NCBI GenBank assembly: GCA_001819605.1
Contig: MHNE01000008.1
Coordinates: 13,054-77,053 of the forward strand
Length of the DNA: 64,000 nucleotides
DNA from: Candidatus Portnoybacteria bacterium RIFCSPLOWO2_01_FULL_43_11
GTDB taxonomy: Bacteria > Patescibacteriota > Minisyncoccia > Portnoybacterales > UBA2143
Direction: 5' to 3'
In this document: piece after piece, positions 50,305-60,970 of the stretch
Layout: every line of letters begins with the position of its first letter
How positions within the stretch are numbered: the stretch's first letter is position 1
Notes under the pieces: generated by a model
Database searches by the model: none
Seen by the model: only the letters and a program-made list of their open reading frames with translations
Told to the model about the DNA's origin: nothing
Translations under genes and position numbers: made by a program

Positions 50305-50390
50305 AAATATTTATCACGAATCTATTCACAAATATTCACTAATATTTTATTCGAGTTTATTAGTGAGAAAATTAGTGATTATATTCGCGA
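50302..50390. repeat. CACGAAT-type inverted repeat tract
   Basis: CACAAATATTTATCACGAAT nearly identical to 735-754; ATTAGTG/ATTCGCG arm. Confidence 0.65.
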
Positions 50391-50741
50391 TTAAAAATCT
50401 AGTCCTCCTTCCCTTGCTCCTTCAGCCGCTGCTTTAACTCTTCCGTGATACTTATAGCCGCCTCTGTCAAAAACAACTTCTTTAATGCCTTTCTCTAATG
50501 CTTTCTTGGCGATTAATTGCCCCGTTTCATAAGCTGTCTTGATTTTCCCCGTTTCGCTTTTCTTTTTTATCTCTAAATCGTTAACGCTTATTAAGGTGCG
50601 TCCTTTATCATCGTCTATTAACTGCCCGTAAATATGCCGGTTGCTGCGAAAAACAGAAAACCGTGGACGTTTGGCTGTCCCAAATGTCTTAGCCCGAATG
50701 CGCTTATGCCGTCTATGTCTTTTTTTCTGCTTATTTCGCAT
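50391..50741 (-). CDS. rplR: 50S ribosomal protein L18
   Basis: [19 protein letters not shown]. Confidence 0.97.
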   Translation of the reverse strand: MRNKQKKRHRRHKRIRAKTFGTAKRPRFSVFRSNRHIYGQLIDDDKGRTLISVNDLEIKKKSETGKIKTAYETGQLIAKKALEKGIKEVVFDRGGYKYHGRVKAAAEGAREGGLDF

Positions 50742-50753
50742 AAAGAATTAAAA

Positions 50754-51293
50754 TTAAGCCGCCGCCGCTTTCTTTCCCGCCTTTCTTCTGACTATCTCTC
50801 CCAAATAATGAATCCCTTTGCCTTTATAAGGCTCTGGTTTTCTTTTGGCCCGAATATCAGCGGCTATTTGTCCGACTAATTGCTTGTCTATGCCGGAAAC
50901 CGTAATCATATTTTTCTCCATTTTAAATTCAATGTCTTTGGGCGCCTCAACTTCCACCGGATGAGAATAACCTAAATTCAAAACCAACTTATTACCTTGA
51001 AGCGAAGCCCGATAACCAACCCCTTCAATTTCTAATTTCTTTTCAAATCCCTCGGTTACGCCTTTAATCATATTAAAAATCAGGACCCGGAAAAGCCCCC
51101 ACAAAGCGCGGATGCTTTTGGTTTCTTTAATTGGATTAATTCGCAATTCTTTGTCTTTTAATTCCACTTTAATCTCCGGCTTTATCTTTTGAGATAATTC
51201 GCCTTTCGGGCCTTTAACCATAATTAAATCTTCGCTGATTTTAACCTCAACATTTTCCGGAATTTTAATTGGTTGTTTACCGATTCTGCTCAT
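50754..51293 (-). CDS. rplF: 50S ribosomal protein L6
   Basis: MSRIGK, PEPYKGKG. Confidence 0.97.
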   Translation of the reverse strand: MSRIGKQPIKIPENVEVKISEDLIMVKGPKGELSQKIKPEIKVELKDKELRINPIKETKSIRALWGLFRVLIFNMIKGVTEGFEKKLEIEGVGYRASLQGNKLVLNLGYSHPVEVEAPKDIEFKMEKNMITVSGIDKQLVGQIAADIRAKRKPEPYKGKGIHYLGEIVRRKAGKKAAAA

Positions 51294-51336
51294 ACTGTTG
51301 TTAAAATTTGTGACTGCGAATTTTTGGACAAAATTT

Positions 51337-51726
51337 TTACCACACCTCGCAAATCACTTCGCCTCCTAATCCCCTTTTTCTCGCTTCTTTATCAGTTATT
51401 AGTCCTTCGGGAGTGGAAATAACAGCCAAACCGTATCCCTGCTTTATCGGCCGAATCATATTTTTATTTAAATAAATTCTCTGACCGGGTTTGCTGATTC
51501 TTTTTAATTTATTTATAACCGGTTTTTTATTTTTATATTTTAATTTTATCTCAATAATCTTTTTTATTTTTCTTCCCTGAATCAACACTCCCTCGACTAA
51601 ACCTTCTTTTTCTAAGATTTTAGCCAGATTCAATTTAAACTTGGAAAATGGAATACTTACCGTCTCGTGCGAGACGGCTTGAGCATTACGGATGCGAGTT
51701 AACATGTCGCTGATTGGATCGGTCAT
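51337..51726 (-). CDS. rpsH: 30S ribosomal protein S8
   Basis: DPISDMLTRIRNA, SKPG, GGEV. Confidence 0.97.
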   Translation of the reverse strand: MTDPISDMLTRIRNAQAVSHETVSIPFSKFKLNLAKILEKEGLVEGVLIQGRKIKKIIEIKLKYKNKKPVINKLKRISKPGQRIYLNKNMIRPIKQGYGLAVISTPEGLITDKEARKRGLGGEVICEVW

Positions 51727-51748
51727 AATTTTTTTGTTATTTTAAAAA

Positions 51749-51934
51749 TTACCAGCTGCTTTTTTTTATTCCCGGAATTTCTCCGCGGTTGGCTAATTCT
51801 CTAAAGCATATCCGGCATAAATCGAACTTTCTCATATAAGCCCTCTTTCGGCCGCAGCGAAAACAACGCCGAATAATTCGGGTGGAAAACTTGGGCTTTC
51901 TTTGCGCTTTAATGACTAATGCCTTTCTGGCCAT
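51749..51934 (-). CDS. rpsZ: 30S ribosomal protein S14, zinc-binding type Z
   Basis: CFRC...CRIC, 61 aa. Confidence 0.95.
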   Translation of the reverse strand: MARKALVIKAQRKPKFSTRIIRRCFRCGRKRAYMRKFDLCRICFRELANRGEIPGIKKSSW

Positions 51935-51940
51935 ACTAAT

Positions 51941-52477
51941 TTATTTTATAGGAAAACCCAATAGCCGCAACAGTTCAACTCCTTCTTCCCTTGTTTCGGC
52001 CGTGGTTTTCACGCAAATTTCCAAACCAAATATATTTCTCGCGCTTTCAGCGGAAATCTCCGGAAAAATAATTTGTTCTTTTATGCCGATAGTTAAATTG
52101 CCGTTCTTGTCAATTGATTTTCCTTTTAAACCGCGAAAATCTCTGCTCCGAGGCAGGGCTGTATTAATCAATCTCTCCAAAAAATCATACATTCTTTGGC
52201 CCCGAAGATTAACCGCCAAACCAACTATCATCCCTTTTCTTGTCTTAAAAGTCGCAATGGCTTTTTTAGCTGGTCGGGGAGTTGGTTTTTGTCCGGTAAT
52301 TAAAGCTAAATCTTTTGCTATTTCATCTTGTATCTTTTGGTCTTTTAAGGATTTACCAATACCGGTATTAACTACGACCTTTTCAATTTTAGGCGCGGCC
52401 AAATCATTCTTGTAGCCAAATTTTTCTCTCATTGCCGGAATAACTTGTTTTCTGTATTTATCTTGTAATTCTGACAT
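51941..52477 (-). CDS. rplE: 50S ribosomal protein L5
   Basis: ITGQKP, PRSRDFRG, IFPEI. Confidence 0.97.
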   Translation of the reverse strand: MSELQDKYRKQVIPAMREKFGYKNDLAAPKIEKVVVNTGIGKSLKDQKIQDEIAKDLALITGQKPTPRPAKKAIATFKTRKGMIVGLAVNLRGQRMYDFLERLINTALPRSRDFRGLKGKSIDKNGNLTIGIKEQIIFPEISAESARNIFGLEICVKTTAETREEGVELLRLLGFPIK

Positions 52478-52496
52478 ATAATTTTATTAAAATCGT

Positions 52497-52802
52497 TTAA
52501 ATCTCCTGTCCGCATTTCCTGCACATCCTATATTTATTCCCTTCAATTAATTTATAACCAATCCGACCGGCTTGTTTACATTTAGGACAGACTAATTTAA
52601 CGTTAGAAACATCAATCGGCTTAGGAATTTCAACAACTTGTCCTTTTTCACCCTCTCTTTTTGGCCGACGGTGTTTTTTAATGACATTCACTCCTTCAAC
52701 TGTAATCTTTCCTTGTTTGGGAAAGACCTCTGAAACTTTTGCTTTCCTGCCGCGGTCCTTGCCGGTAATAACTAAAATTGTATCGTTTTTTTTGATTTTC
52801 AT
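52497..52802 (-). CDS. rplX: 50S ribosomal protein L24
   Basis: ITGKDRG, VEGVN, SNV. Confidence 0.96.
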   Translation of the reverse strand: MKIKKNDTILVITGKDRGRKAKVSEVFPKQGKITVEGVNVIKKHRRPKREGEKGQVVEIPKPIDVSNVKLVCPKCKQAGRIGYKLIEGNKYRMCRKCGQEI

Positions 52803-52806
52803 AAAT

Positions 52807-53172
52807 TTACAAAACCTCCGGCGCTAAAGAAGCTATCTTGTCAAAACCTTTTTCTTTTAATTCCCGCGGCACCGGACCAAAGATTCGACCGCCTTTGGGA
52901 TTTAGACCGTCTAAAATAATCGCGGCGTTGTCGTCAAAACGGATATACGACCCGTCAGACCGGCGAAAGGATTTTTTTTGCCGGGCAATAACCGCTTTTA
53001 CCACATCTCCTTTTTTAACGGCTTTGCGCGGCTCCGCTTCTTTTACTGAAGCGACAATAATATCTCCTATTCTCGCGTAACGGCGCCGCGTTCCGCCCAA
53101 AACCTTAAAACACCGAATTCTCTTGGCGCCGGTATTATCCGCCACTTTTAAATTTGTCCCTGCTTGTATCAT
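52807..53172 (-). CDS. rplN: 50S ribosomal protein L14
   Basis: [19 protein letters not shown]. Confidence 0.98.
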   Translation of the reverse strand: MIQAGTNLKVADNTGAKRIRCFKVLGGTRRRYARIGDIIVASVKEAEPRKAVKKGDVVKAVIARQKKSFRRSDGSYIRFDDNAAIILDGLNPKGGRIFGPVPRELKEKGFDKIASLAPEVL

Positions 53173-53195
53173 AATCTTGAAACTTAAAACATATT

Positions 53196-53483
53196 TTAGG
53201 TTTTAGAAATCGCAATCCATCTTTTATCCCTACTCATCGGCCGGCATTCCTGAATAACTGCCTTATCCCCAATTTTATATTCATTTTTTTCGTCATGCGC
53301 TTTATATTTTTTTGTCACCTTATATCTTCTCTTGTATTTAGGGTGCTTCTTTAATCTGGTTACAACTACAACTATAGTCTTATTCATTTTATCTGAAAAT
53401 ACTATCCCTTTTAAAAGACGGGCTTTAGCTTTGGTTTGCGGCTGACGGTTATCCTTTTTATTGTCCATTAGATTTTTCTCCAT
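53196..53483 (-). CDS. rpsQ: 30S ribosomal protein S17
   Basis: SDKMNKT, HPKY, ECRPMS. Confidence 0.95.
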   Translation of the reverse strand: MEKNLMDNKKDNRQPQTKAKARLLKGIVFSDKMNKTIVVVVTRLKKHPKYKRRYKVTKKYKAHDEKNEYKIGDKAVIQECRPMSRDKRWIAISKT

Positions 53484-53658
53484 TTTTTAATATAGTTAAA
53501 ATTCTCGCTATATCTTTACGGGTCTCTCTAATTTCTCTTACGTTTTTAATTTTCTTTGAGGCTAAATCAAATCCAAACTGACCAAGTCTTTGTTTTTTTT
53601 CGGTCAGCAAGCTCCTTATTTCCCTTCCGGATTTTTGGCGAATTTCTTTGATTTTCAT
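53458..53658 (-). CDS. rpmC: 50S ribosomal protein L29
   Basis: RKDIARILT; operon position. Confidence 0.92.
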   Translation of the reverse strand: MKIKEIRQKSGREIRSLLTEKKQRLGQFGFDLASKKIKNVREIRETRKDIARILTILKNGEKSNGQ

Positions 53659-53660
53659 AA

Positions 53661-53740
53661 ATCTCTAATTAATCTCTAATTTTATCTCTAATCATCACAA
53701 ATATCTATAATTATTAGAGAGAATTCGGGATAGAATTTAG
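53661..53740. repeat. ATCTCTAAT-type inverted repeat tract
   Basis: ATCTCTAAT x3 followed by an ATTAGAGA arm. Confidence 0.6.
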
Positions 53741-53746
53741 GTTTGA

Positions 53747-54151
53747 TTAGCGAGTAATAAATTTCGTCTTGACTGGCAATTTATGTTCGGCTCTTCTCAT
53801 GGCTTCTCTGGCTATTTCTTCTGACACTCCATCCATTTCAAAAAGAATCCGACCCGGCTTAACCGGAAAAACATAATGGTCAACACTGCCTTTTCCGCCG
53901 CCCATCGGCACTTCTGTCCCTTTCTTTGTAATCGGCTTATCAGGAAAAACCCTAATCCAGATTTTTCCTCCTCTTTGAACATATCTTGTCATAGCCCGCC
54001 TGGCCGCTTCAATTTGCCTAGCCGTCAACCATTTAGTCTCTAAGGACTTAAGCCCAAAAGCGCCAAAAGTCAGCTCCGCGCCCCGGGTTTCTTTTCCTCT
54101 TGACCTGCCTTTTTGCCATTTTCTATGTTTAACTTTTTTAGGTGATAACAT
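53747..54151 (-). CDS. rplP: 50S ribosomal protein L16
   Basis: [21 protein letters not shown]; start moved to MLSPKK. Confidence 0.97.
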   Translation of the reverse strand: MLSPKKVKHRKWQKGRSRGKETRGAELTFGAFGLKSLETKWLTARQIEAARRAMTRYVQRGGKIWIRVFPDKPITKKGTEVPMGGGKGSVDHYVFPVKPGRILFEMDGVSEEIAREAMRRAEHKLPVKTKFITR

Positions 54152-54152
54152 A

Positions 54153-54803
54153 CTACAGCACCTCCCCTTTATATATCCAGACCTTAACTCCCACCGTCCC
54201 GTAAGTAGTGTAAGCGGTAGCTTGAGCGTAGTCAATATTGGAACGCAAGGTCTGAAGGGGAATTTTCCCAGTTTTTGACGATTCTCTTCTGGCTATGTCT
54301 GCTCCGTTCAATCGTCCTTTGATAGTTATCTTAGCCCCCTCTACCTCTTTATTTTGTTTAATTCTATCTAAGGTTCGCTTCATCACTTGGCGATAAGGCA
54401 ATCGTCTTTCTATCTGGTCGGCTATTCCTTGGGACACTACCGCGGCCTGACTCTCCGGCTGTCTGATTTCCTCTACTTCTAACTGTAATTCCGTTTTAGA
54501 TAATTGAGGGTCTTGTTTTTGGATAATTTTCTTTATTTCTTTCTTAAGGTCTTCTATGCCGCTGCCGCCCCGGCCAATCACCAAACCCGGCCTCGCCGTA
54601 TGAATGATGATTCTTAAAGAATTTGCCAAACGCTCTATTTCCACCTGACTTACTCCTGCTTTACCCAACTTTTTCATAATAAAACTCCGCAGTTCAATAT
54701 CCTGCCTTAAGAATTTTTTATATTTTTTTCTGTCAAACCAGCGGGACTGCCAATTTTTTGTGATACCCAAACGGAAAGCTAATGGATGAACTTTTTGTCC
54801 CAT
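54153..54803 (-). CDS. rpsC: 30S ribosomal protein S3
   Basis: [23 protein letters not shown]. Confidence 0.98.
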   Translation of the reverse strand: MGQKVHPLAFRLGITKNWQSRWFDRKKYKKFLRQDIELRSFIMKKLGKAGVSQVEIERLANSLRIIIHTARPGLVIGRGGSGIEDLKKEIKKIIQKQDPQLSKTELQLEVEEIRQPESQAAVVSQGIADQIERRLPYRQVMKRTLDRIKQNKEVEGAKITIKGRLNGADIARRESSKTGKIPLQTLRSNIDYAQATAYTTYGTVGVKVWIYKGEVL

Positions 54804-54804
54804 A

Positions 54805-55338
54805 TTATATGCTCTTTCTCCTAAATATTTTTCTCGCTATGTCTTTAAATCCCTTCTTTCTGGGAATAACCTTCTCCGCTTTTTTGACTTTTAACCGCTT
54901 CTTTTTAAGGGGTTTAACCGCTGATTTTTCTTTTTTTTCTTCTTCCGTCTCAATCTTTTCTTCTTTTTTTTCGGCCTTCTTTAACGGCTTTTCTCTTTTA
55001 ACCATTCCAGCCCTTTCGCTTAAAACAATTGTGATATGGCTGGTTCTTTTTAAGATTGGCGTAGCCCGGCCCATGGCTCGCGGCAAAGAACGTTTTAAAC
55101 TCGGCCCGGGATCAACCATGATTTTAGAGATGTAAAGATTTTCTCTGGATAAATTGAAATTATGCTCGGCGTTTGCTATGGCTGAATTCAAAAGTTTTAA
55201 AATCGGGCCAGCCGCTCTTTTGGACAGAAACTTAAGCTGGACTTTTGCTTCTTCGGTCTCCATGCCCCTGATAAGATTAGCTACCAGTCTGACTTTTCTG
55301 GGAGATATTCTTAAGTGTCTTAATTTGGCTGTAATCAT
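54805..55338 (-). CDS. rplV: 50S ribosomal protein L22 with Lys-rich C-terminal tail
   Basis: [22 protein letters not shown]. Confidence 0.96.
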   Translation of the reverse strand: MITAKLRHLRISPRKVRLVANLIRGMETEEAKVQLKFLSKRAAGPILKLLNSAIANAEHNFNLSRENLYISKIMVDPGPSLKRSLPRAMGRATPILKRTSHITIVLSERAGMVKREKPLKKAEKKEEKIETEEEKKEKSAVKPLKKKRLKVKKAEKVIPRKKGFKDIARKIFRRKSI

Positions 55339-55640
55339 TTTGCCGCTTCTTTTTCCCGCGCCGCCGTTTCCTGTTCTCTCTGCATTTTACCGCCGTGCCT
55401 GGTAAATTTGCGGGTTGGAGAAAATTCGCCTAATTTATGACCAACCATTTCTTCGGTAACATAAACCGAGATATGTTCTCGACCATTATGGACTCCAAAA
55501 GTAAATCCAACCATTTCCGGCGTAATCGTCGAAGCTCGGGCCCATGTCTTGATAACGGTTTTATCGCCCGACCTTAATTTAGCCACCTTCTTTAATAGCT
55601 TGACATCTACATATGGACCCTTTTTAAGACTTCTGCTCAT
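55335..55640 (-). CDS. rpsS: 30S ribosomal protein S19
   Basis: [18 protein letters not shown]. Confidence 0.98.
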   Translation of the reverse strand: MSRSLKKGPYVDVKLLKKVAKLRSGDKTVIKTWARASTITPEMVGFTFGVHNGREHISVYVTEEMVGHKLGEFSPTRKFTRHGGKMQREQETAAREKEAAK

Positions 55641-55642
55641 GT

Positions 55643-56470
55643 TTATTTCCTTCTTTTTAATATCATCTTATTGCTCCATTTTTTCTTTTTTCTTGTCTTT
55701 ACTCCGTAAGCCAGTTTACCCCAGGGCGTTTTCGGACCTCTTCTCAAGCCAATGCCTGTCCGACCTTCGCCTCCGCCATGCGGATGATCAACCGGATTCA
55801 TGGCCGAACCGCGAACCGTGGGTCTTCTGCCCATCCAACGGGAACGGCCAGCCTTGCCAATCACCACCGTATTATGCTCCGGGTTGCTCAACTGACCAAT
55901 ACTCGCGAAACAATTCTCTTTAACCATTCTAACTTCGCCTGAAGGAAGTTTCAAATGGGTATAGCCGCCTTCATTGGCTAAAACTTGGGCGCTTGAGCCG
56001 GCTGACCTGACAATCTGGCCGCCCCGGCCCGGTAAAAGTTCTATATTATGAACTTGGGTGCCTGTCGGAATGTTTTTCAGCAACAGACGATTACCTGTTT
56101 TTAAAGCCGCTTTCTCCCGACAAATTATCTCTTGGCCAACTTCCAAATTATGAGGAGCTAAAATATATCTTTTTTCTTTGTCCGGATATTCAATCAGAAC
56201 GATAAAACAGCTCCGATTGGGGTCGTATTCCAAGGCAATAACTTTAGCGGGAATATCCATCTTATCAGTTTGTTTAAAATCAATCAACCGATATTTTCTT
56301 TTATGGCCGCCGCCTTTATGCCGCACCGTGATTCGTCCTTTGTGGCCGCGGCCGGCTTTCCTGATTAATTTTCTGGTCAGTTTTTTTTCCGGTTTTTTCT
56401 TGGTGAGTCCCGAATAATCAATGCCGGTCATCTGCCTTCTCGATGGTGTGGTTGGTTTGTAGTGTTTCAT
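55643..56470 (-). CDS. rplB: 50S ribosomal protein L2
   Basis: [20 protein letters not shown]. Confidence 0.98.
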   Translation of the reverse strand: MKHYKPTTPSRRQMTGIDYSGLTKKKPEKKLTRKLIRKAGRGHKGRITVRHKGGGHKRKYRLIDFKQTDKMDIPAKVIALEYDPNRSCFIVLIEYPDKEKRYILAPHNLEVGQEIICREKAALKTGNRLLLKNIPTGTQVHNIELLPGRGGQIVRSAGSSAQVLANEGGYTHLKLPSGEVRMVKENCFASIGQLSNPEHNTVVIGKAGRSRWMGRRPTVRGSAMNPVDHPHGGGEGRTGIGLRRGPKTPWGKLAYGVKTRKKKKWSNKMILKRRK

Positions 56471-56473
56471 ATA

Positions 56474-56887
56474 TTATCTTGGCATTATTTCAATCTTTTC
56501 CCCTTTTGCCAAAGTCACAATAGCTTTTTTAAAACCCTTTTTTGATCCCCCTTTCCATCCTTCTGTCCGGCCCAATCTCCGCCTTTTCGGCACAATACGG
56601 ACTATATTTACTTTCTCTACCTTGACTCCGTAAAGACTCTCAACGGCTTTTTGAACTTCGGTTTTATTGGCTCTTGGATAAACTTTAAAAATATATTTGT
56701 TGTTTTCCGCCAAAGCCGCGGCTTTTTCGGTAATGTGGGGCGCTTTAAGAATGCGATAAACATCAGTCTTTGGTTTCCCGATAATTTTTTTTGACTCTAT
56801 TGATTTAGGCTTCTCGTTTGATTTTTCCTCCACTCTTTGAGCTCCTGATTTCTTTGGGTTTTTTTTAAGTTTGCTTAATAAAGACAT
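56474..56887 (-). CDS. rplW: 50S ribosomal protein L23 with N-terminal extension
   Basis: PHITEKA, ANKTEV, KKAIVTL; start moved to MSLLSK. Confidence 0.93.
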   Translation of the reverse strand: MSLLSKLKKNPKKSGAQRVEEKSNEKPKSIESKKIIGKPKTDVYRILKAPHITEKAAALAENNKYIFKVYPRANKTEVQKAVESLYGVKVEKVNIVRIVPKRRRLGRTEGWKGGSKKGFKKAIVTLAKGEKIEIMPR

Positions 56888-56897
56888 ATTTAGAAAT

Positions 56898-57575
56898 TTA
56901 TTTAAGATATGTTTTCTCAATCACTCCCACCGCCTCCTGCGGCATCAAAAGATATTTAAACGATAAAATATCTACCACATTCAAACTATCAGCTCTGATT
57001 ATTTTTATTTTAGGAATATTTCTCGCGGCTCGAATAATTTTTACATTAGAGGCCGGTAAAACAATTAAAACGCCTGGAGTCCTGCCTTTAGGCAGAGACT
57101 CTTTGTCTTTATTTCTGACTGAAGCTAAGACTCTAAATATATTTCTAAGGATTTCAAACATCTTTTTTGTTTTAGCTTCAACTAATTCCAATTTATCCAA
57201 TAAAACAAACTCTTGATCTCTAACTTTTGACGACAAAGCCATGAAAAGGGCTTTTCTTTTCATTTTTTTATTGATTTTTTTAGAAAATACCCGCTCTTTG
57301 GTCGGCCCAAAAGTTACGCCTCCGCCTTTCCAAATTGGCGAGCGGATTGAACCGTGTCTGGCCCGACCCGTGCCTTTTTGCCGCCACGGCTTTTTCCCGC
57401 CGCCCCTGACTTCGCTTCTGTCTTTAGTATGAGCCAAAACCTGCCTTTTATTTGCCATTTGCGTCACGACGGCCTGATGCACTAAATCATTATTCATTTT
57501 CACGTCAAAAATTTCAGAGGGGAGCTCTGCTTTTCCGATTTCTTTGCCTTGCTGATTGTAAATATTGACAAGCAT
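56898..57575 (-). CDS. rplD: 50S ribosomal protein L4
   Basis: KPWRQKGTGRARHGS. Confidence 0.97.
   Translation of the reverse strand: MLVNIYNQQGKEIGKAELPSEIFDVKMNNDLVHQAVVTQMANKRQVLAHTKDRSEVRGGGKKPWRQKGTGRARHGSIRSPIWKGGGVTFGPTKERVFSKKINKKMKRKALFMALSSKVRDQEFVLLDKLELVEAKTKKMFEILRNIFRVLASVRNKDKESLPKGRTPGVLIVLPASNVKIIRAARNIPKIKIIRADSLNVVDILSFKYLLMPQEAVGVIEKTYLK
57076..57098. repeat. 23-bp hairpin unit in frame within rplD
   Basis: GGAGTCCTGCCTTTAGGCAGAGA, identical to 22089-22111. Confidence 0.85.
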
Positions 57576-57592
57576 TTTATTGTTGATATAAT
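57565..57592 (+). promoter_or_regulatory. consensus promoter overlapping the rplD start, antisense to the S10 operon
   Basis: TTGACA-16 nt-TATAAT with extended TG. Confidence 0.75.
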
Positions 57593-57641
57593 TTATTTGC
57601 TGTAGTTTAAGTAACTTAATAATTTAAAGGAGGTGTCACTA

Positions 57642-57842
57642 ATGGATTTTGGATCTTCTCTGCTAGACCTATTAAGTGTCTATATCGTAATAGGGGTTCT
57701 CTTTTTAGTTATTGGTTTGCTAATACCTCGAACCCCCCTCTATTCTGACGGAAAACAATTTTGTATGATAATGGGAGGAGTGGTACCGCTTGCTGGAACA
57801 ATCTTTGTGTTATTTATTTTTTTCTTACAATTCTTACAATAG
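57642..57842 (+). CDS. orphan 2-TM small membrane protein
   Basis: AAGGAGG 8 nt before ATG; two hydrophobic helices. Confidence 0.6.
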   Translation: MDFGSSLLDLLSVYIVIGVLFLVIGLLIPRTPLYSDGKQFCMIMGGVVPLAGTIFVLFIFFLQFLQ

Positions 57843-57864
57843 CTTTTAAAGAAAGGAGAAATAA

Positions 57865-58137
57865 ATGAAACAGAAAAACGGAGAAAAAATGTGCCTTACT
57901 TGGTGGAAAAGTGATAAACACTATTCTCTCGATTCATACGACTACGGTGAAGACGATGTCAGAGAAATTATTGGAGAAGTAACCTTAACTAGCGACGCAA
58001 ACAATCTTATCACAGCGTTAATTCTATTAACAGGTATTACAGACGCAGATTGCCAAGAACTTACAGACCCTATCAACGAAATCATTACCAAATACATCAA
58101 GCTAGTCTTAGAAAAACAACATCAGCCTGCTTTTTAA
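57865..58137 (+). CDS. orphan small protein
   Basis: AAGGAG SD, ATG, terminator downstream. Confidence 0.6.
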   Translation: MKQKNGEKMCLTWWKSDKHYSLDSYDYGEDDVREIIGEVTLTSDANNLITALILLTGITDADCQELTDPINEIITKYIKLVLEKQHQPAF

Positions 58138-58159
58138 AATCTATTTCGTCACCATCTCG

Positions 58160-58195
58160 GCACCGGCTCAACGCAGTCGGTGCTTCTCTTTTTTT
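58160..58195 (+). terminator. terminator of the orphan cassette
   Basis: GCACCGGCT-CAACGC-AGTCGGTGC-TTCTCTTTTTTT. Confidence 0.7.
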
Positions 58196-58217
58196 ATTCT
58201 AAATTTTTAAAGAGTTT

Positions 58218-58850
58218 TTACCCCCTCACTTCCAACAATGTCCCTTTTCTGCCCGGCACCGCGCCTTTGATGGCCAGTAAATTATTTTCTTTATTCACCT
58301 TGATTATTTTCAGACCTTTAATAGTCACTCTGTCGCTCCCCATTCTTCCGGCCATTTTTTTGCCCTTCCAGACCCTTTCCGGAAAAGACGAACCAATTGA
58401 GCCGGGCGCCCGCAAAGTATGCTTTGTTCCGTGGCTGGCTGGCCCGCCTTTAAACCCATGCCGTTTAACCACCCCCTGAAATCCTTTGCCCTTGGAAATT
58501 CCGCTTACTTTTACCTCGTCCCCCTCTTTAAAAACATCAACCGTAATCTCGTCGCCTAATTTTAATTCCGGCTTCTCTATTCTAAACTCTCTTAAATATC
58601 TTGTTCCTGAATTTTGAGATTTGAGATTTGAGATTTGAGATTTTTCAAGATGGCCCTTTAAGGACTTGCTAATATTCTTAAGTTTCTTTTTTCCAAACCC
58701 GACCTGAATTGCTTCGTATCCGTCTTTTTCTTTGGTCTTAATTTGAGTGATAAAGCACGGCCCGGCTTCAACAAGCGTCACTGGAATCACCCGACCATTT
58801 TCATCAAAAACCTGCGACATGCCTAATTTTTTTCCAAGGATAAATTTCAT
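58218..58850 (-). CDS. rplC: 50S ribosomal protein L3
   Basis: KKLGMSQ, SKGKGFQG, RAPGSIG; start moved to MKFILG. Confidence 0.97.
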   Translation of the reverse strand: MKFILGKKLGMSQVFDENGRVIPVTLVEAGPCFITQIKTKEKDGYEAIQVGFGKKKLKNISKSLKGHLEKSQISNLKSQNSGTRYLREFRIEKPELKLGDEITVDVFKEGDEVKVSGISKGKGFQGVVKRHGFKGGPASHGTKHTLRAPGSIGSSFPERVWKGKKMAGRMGSDRVTIKGLKIIKVNKENNLLAIKGAVPGRKGTLLEVRG

Positions 58851-58860
58851 TTTACCAATC

Positions 58861-58887
58861 AAAAAGTCGGGATTAGCCCGACTTTTT
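58861..58887. terminator. terminator-like hairpin between rpsJ and rplC
   Basis: AAAAAGTCGGG-ATTAG-CCCGACTTTTT. Confidence 0.55.
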
Positions 58888-58988
58888 GGCTAAATAATAA
58901 ATTGTAACCCTCAATTCAAAAATATGCTTTTAACTTTGAATTGTAATTTTTCATTTTTAATTTTGAATTTTTAATTTAGAAATTAAAA

Positions 58989-59324
58989 TCACATTTTAAT
59001 TTCAATATCCACGCCAGCCGGTAAATTCAAATTCGTCAGAGAATCAATTACTTTTGAATTCGGGTTTAAAATATCAATCATCCGCTTATGAACCCGCATC
59101 TCGTACTGCTCTCTTGAATCCTTATGGACAAAAGTGGAACGGTTAACAGTGTATTTATGAATCTGGGTCGGCAAAGGAATCGGCCCGCTGATTAAAGCGC
59201 CGTAACGAGTGGCTGTCTCAATAATCTGCTTAACCGACTGATCAATCACTTTATGGTCGTAAGCCCGAATCTTAATTCTAATCCTTTGTTTAATTTCTTC
59301 TTCTTTCTTTTTAGTTGCTGCCAT
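58989..59324 (-). CDS. rpsJ: 30S ribosomal protein S10
   Basis: [16 protein letters not shown]. Confidence 0.98.
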   Translation of the reverse strand: MAATKKKEEEIKQRIRIKIRAYDHKVIDQSVKQIIETATRYGALISGPIPLPTQIHKYTVNRSTFVHKDSREQYEMRVHKRMIDILNPNSKVIDSLTNLNLPAGVDIEIKM

Positions 59325-59350
59325 TGTAAAAGAATTATTGTCAAATCAAA

Positions 59351-60550
59351 TTATTTCTCTATTTTTGTCACTACCCCGGCTCCCACGGTCTTGCCGCCTT
59401 CTCTTATGGCGAATCTCTGTTTTTCTTCCAAAGCAACCGGAGAAATCAGTTTTACCTTTAGATTAACCGTGTCCCCGGGCATAACCATTTCCGTGCCTTC
59501 AGGCAAAGTAACCTCGCCGGTTACATCAGTGGTCCGGATATAGAATTGCGGTTTATAACCTTTAAAGAAAGGAGTATGCCGGCCGCCTTCTTCTTTGGTT
59601 AAGATATAAATTTCGCCCTCAAATTCATTATGCGGAGTCACGCTCGCGGGCTTGGCTAAAACTTGTCCTCTTTCAATATCCTCTTTCTTTATTCCCCGCA
59701 ATAAAACCCCGGCATTGTCCCCGGCCCGACCTTCATCTAAAGACTTGTTAAACATTTCAATGCCGGTAACCACTGTCTTTTGAGTGTCTTTTAATCCGAT
59801 AATCTCGACCTCTTCATTAGTTTTAACTATTCCTCGTTCAATTCGGCCGGTAACCACCGTGCCCCGACCTTCAATGGAAAAGATATCCTCAATCGGCATT
59901 AAGAATGGTTTTTCCACATCGCGAACCGGCTCTGGAATATTTTCATCCACTGCTTTAATTAAATCTAAAATTGGTTTGCACTTCGGGCAATCCTCTTTTG
60001 CATCAGTACACTCTAACGCCTGAAGAGCTGAACCGCGAATAATGGGAGTTTTATCTCCGTCAAATTCGTATTTATTCAAAAGTTCGCGAATCTCCTGCTC
60101 CACCAAATCAACTAATTCCGGGTCGTCTGCCTGATCAACTTTGTTTAAAAAAACGACTAAAGACGGCAACCCCACCTGACGGGCCAAAAGAATATGCTCT
60201 CTTGTCTGTGGCATGGGGCCGTCCGGCGCTGAAACCACTAAAATAGCGCCATCCATCTGGGCCGCGCCGGTAATCATATTTTTAATGTAGTCGGCGTGTC
60301 CCGGGCAATCAATGTGGGCGTAATGGCGGTTGGCGCTCTCGTATTCAACATGAGAGACTGAAATAGTTAATCCCCGCGCTTTTTCCTCCGGGGCTTTGTC
60401 AATGTCGTCAACCCCTTTTTCTTGAGACTTAAAACCAGCCGCTTTTAAGCATTTTAAAATAGCGGCGGTCAAAGTCGTTTTGCCGTGGTCAACATGACCA
60501 ATGGTCCCCACATTAATATGGGGCTTAGTGCGTTCAAATTTTTCTGCCAT
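59351..60550 (-). CDS. tuf: elongation factor Tu
   Basis: [24 protein letters not shown]. Confidence 0.99.
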   Translation of the reverse strand: MAEKFERTKPHINVGTIGHVDHGKTTLTAAILKCLKAAGFKSQEKGVDDIDKAPEEKARGLTISVSHVEYESANRHYAHIDCPGHADYIKNMITGAAQMDGAILVVSAPDGPMPQTREHILLARQVGLPSLVVFLNKVDQADDPELVDLVEQEIRELLNKYEFDGDKTPIIRGSALQALECTDAKEDCPKCKPILDLIKAVDENIPEPVRDVEKPFLMPIEDIFSIEGRGTVVTGRIERGIVKTNEEVEIIGLKDTQKTVVTGIEMFNKSLDEGRAGDNAGVLLRGIKKEDIERGQVLAKPASVTPHNEFEGEIYILTKEEGGRHTPFFKGYKPQFYIRTTDVTGEVTLPEGTEMVMPGDTVNLKVKLISPVALEEKQRFAIREGGKTVGAGVVTKIEK

Positions 60551-60646
60551 TTTTCTCTTGAAACCCGAAACATAAAACTTGAAACTTTATTTCAAGTTTT
60601 ATTTTTCAAGCTCAAACATTAAGTTAATTATCGGTTTAATGTTTTA

Positions 60647-60675
60647 AACTTATCAAAAAAGCCCTCGTTTGTCAA
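60647..60675 (-). promoter_or_regulatory. tuf promoter
   Basis: TTGACA-17 nt-TAAGTT with extended TG. Confidence 0.55.
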
Positions 60676-60717
60676 CCTCTTTCTTAAATTTCTGTCTTTG
60701 GGATTTAATTTTTATCT

Positions 60718-60969
60718 CTAAAACGGCAAGTCCTCAACCTTGACTTCGTCTTCGGGAACTATTTCTTCCAAATTATTTTCGTTTGGATTTTTGAGTCCGG
60801 CAATATCCTGATTAACTTTTTCTATTTCCGTGCTTTCGGACGGATTATCTTTTTCTAACAAATTCTCGTAATCTTTCATTTTCATCACCACATACATCGG
60901 TTTATCGTTCTCTATTATAATACACTTTCCGCTGTCTTTTTGCAATATATTTTTAATAGTTTTCCACAT
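60718..60969 (-). CDS. small acidic protein with Phd/YefM-like N-terminus
   Basis: CIIIENDKPMYVVMKMKDYE pattern; acidic tail ending EDLPF. Confidence 0.65.
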   Translation of the reverse strand: MWKTIKNILQKDSGKCIIIENDKPMYVVMKMKDYENLLEKDNPSESTEIEKVNQDIAGLKNPNENNLEEIVPEDEVKVEDLPF

Positions 60970-60970
60970 A

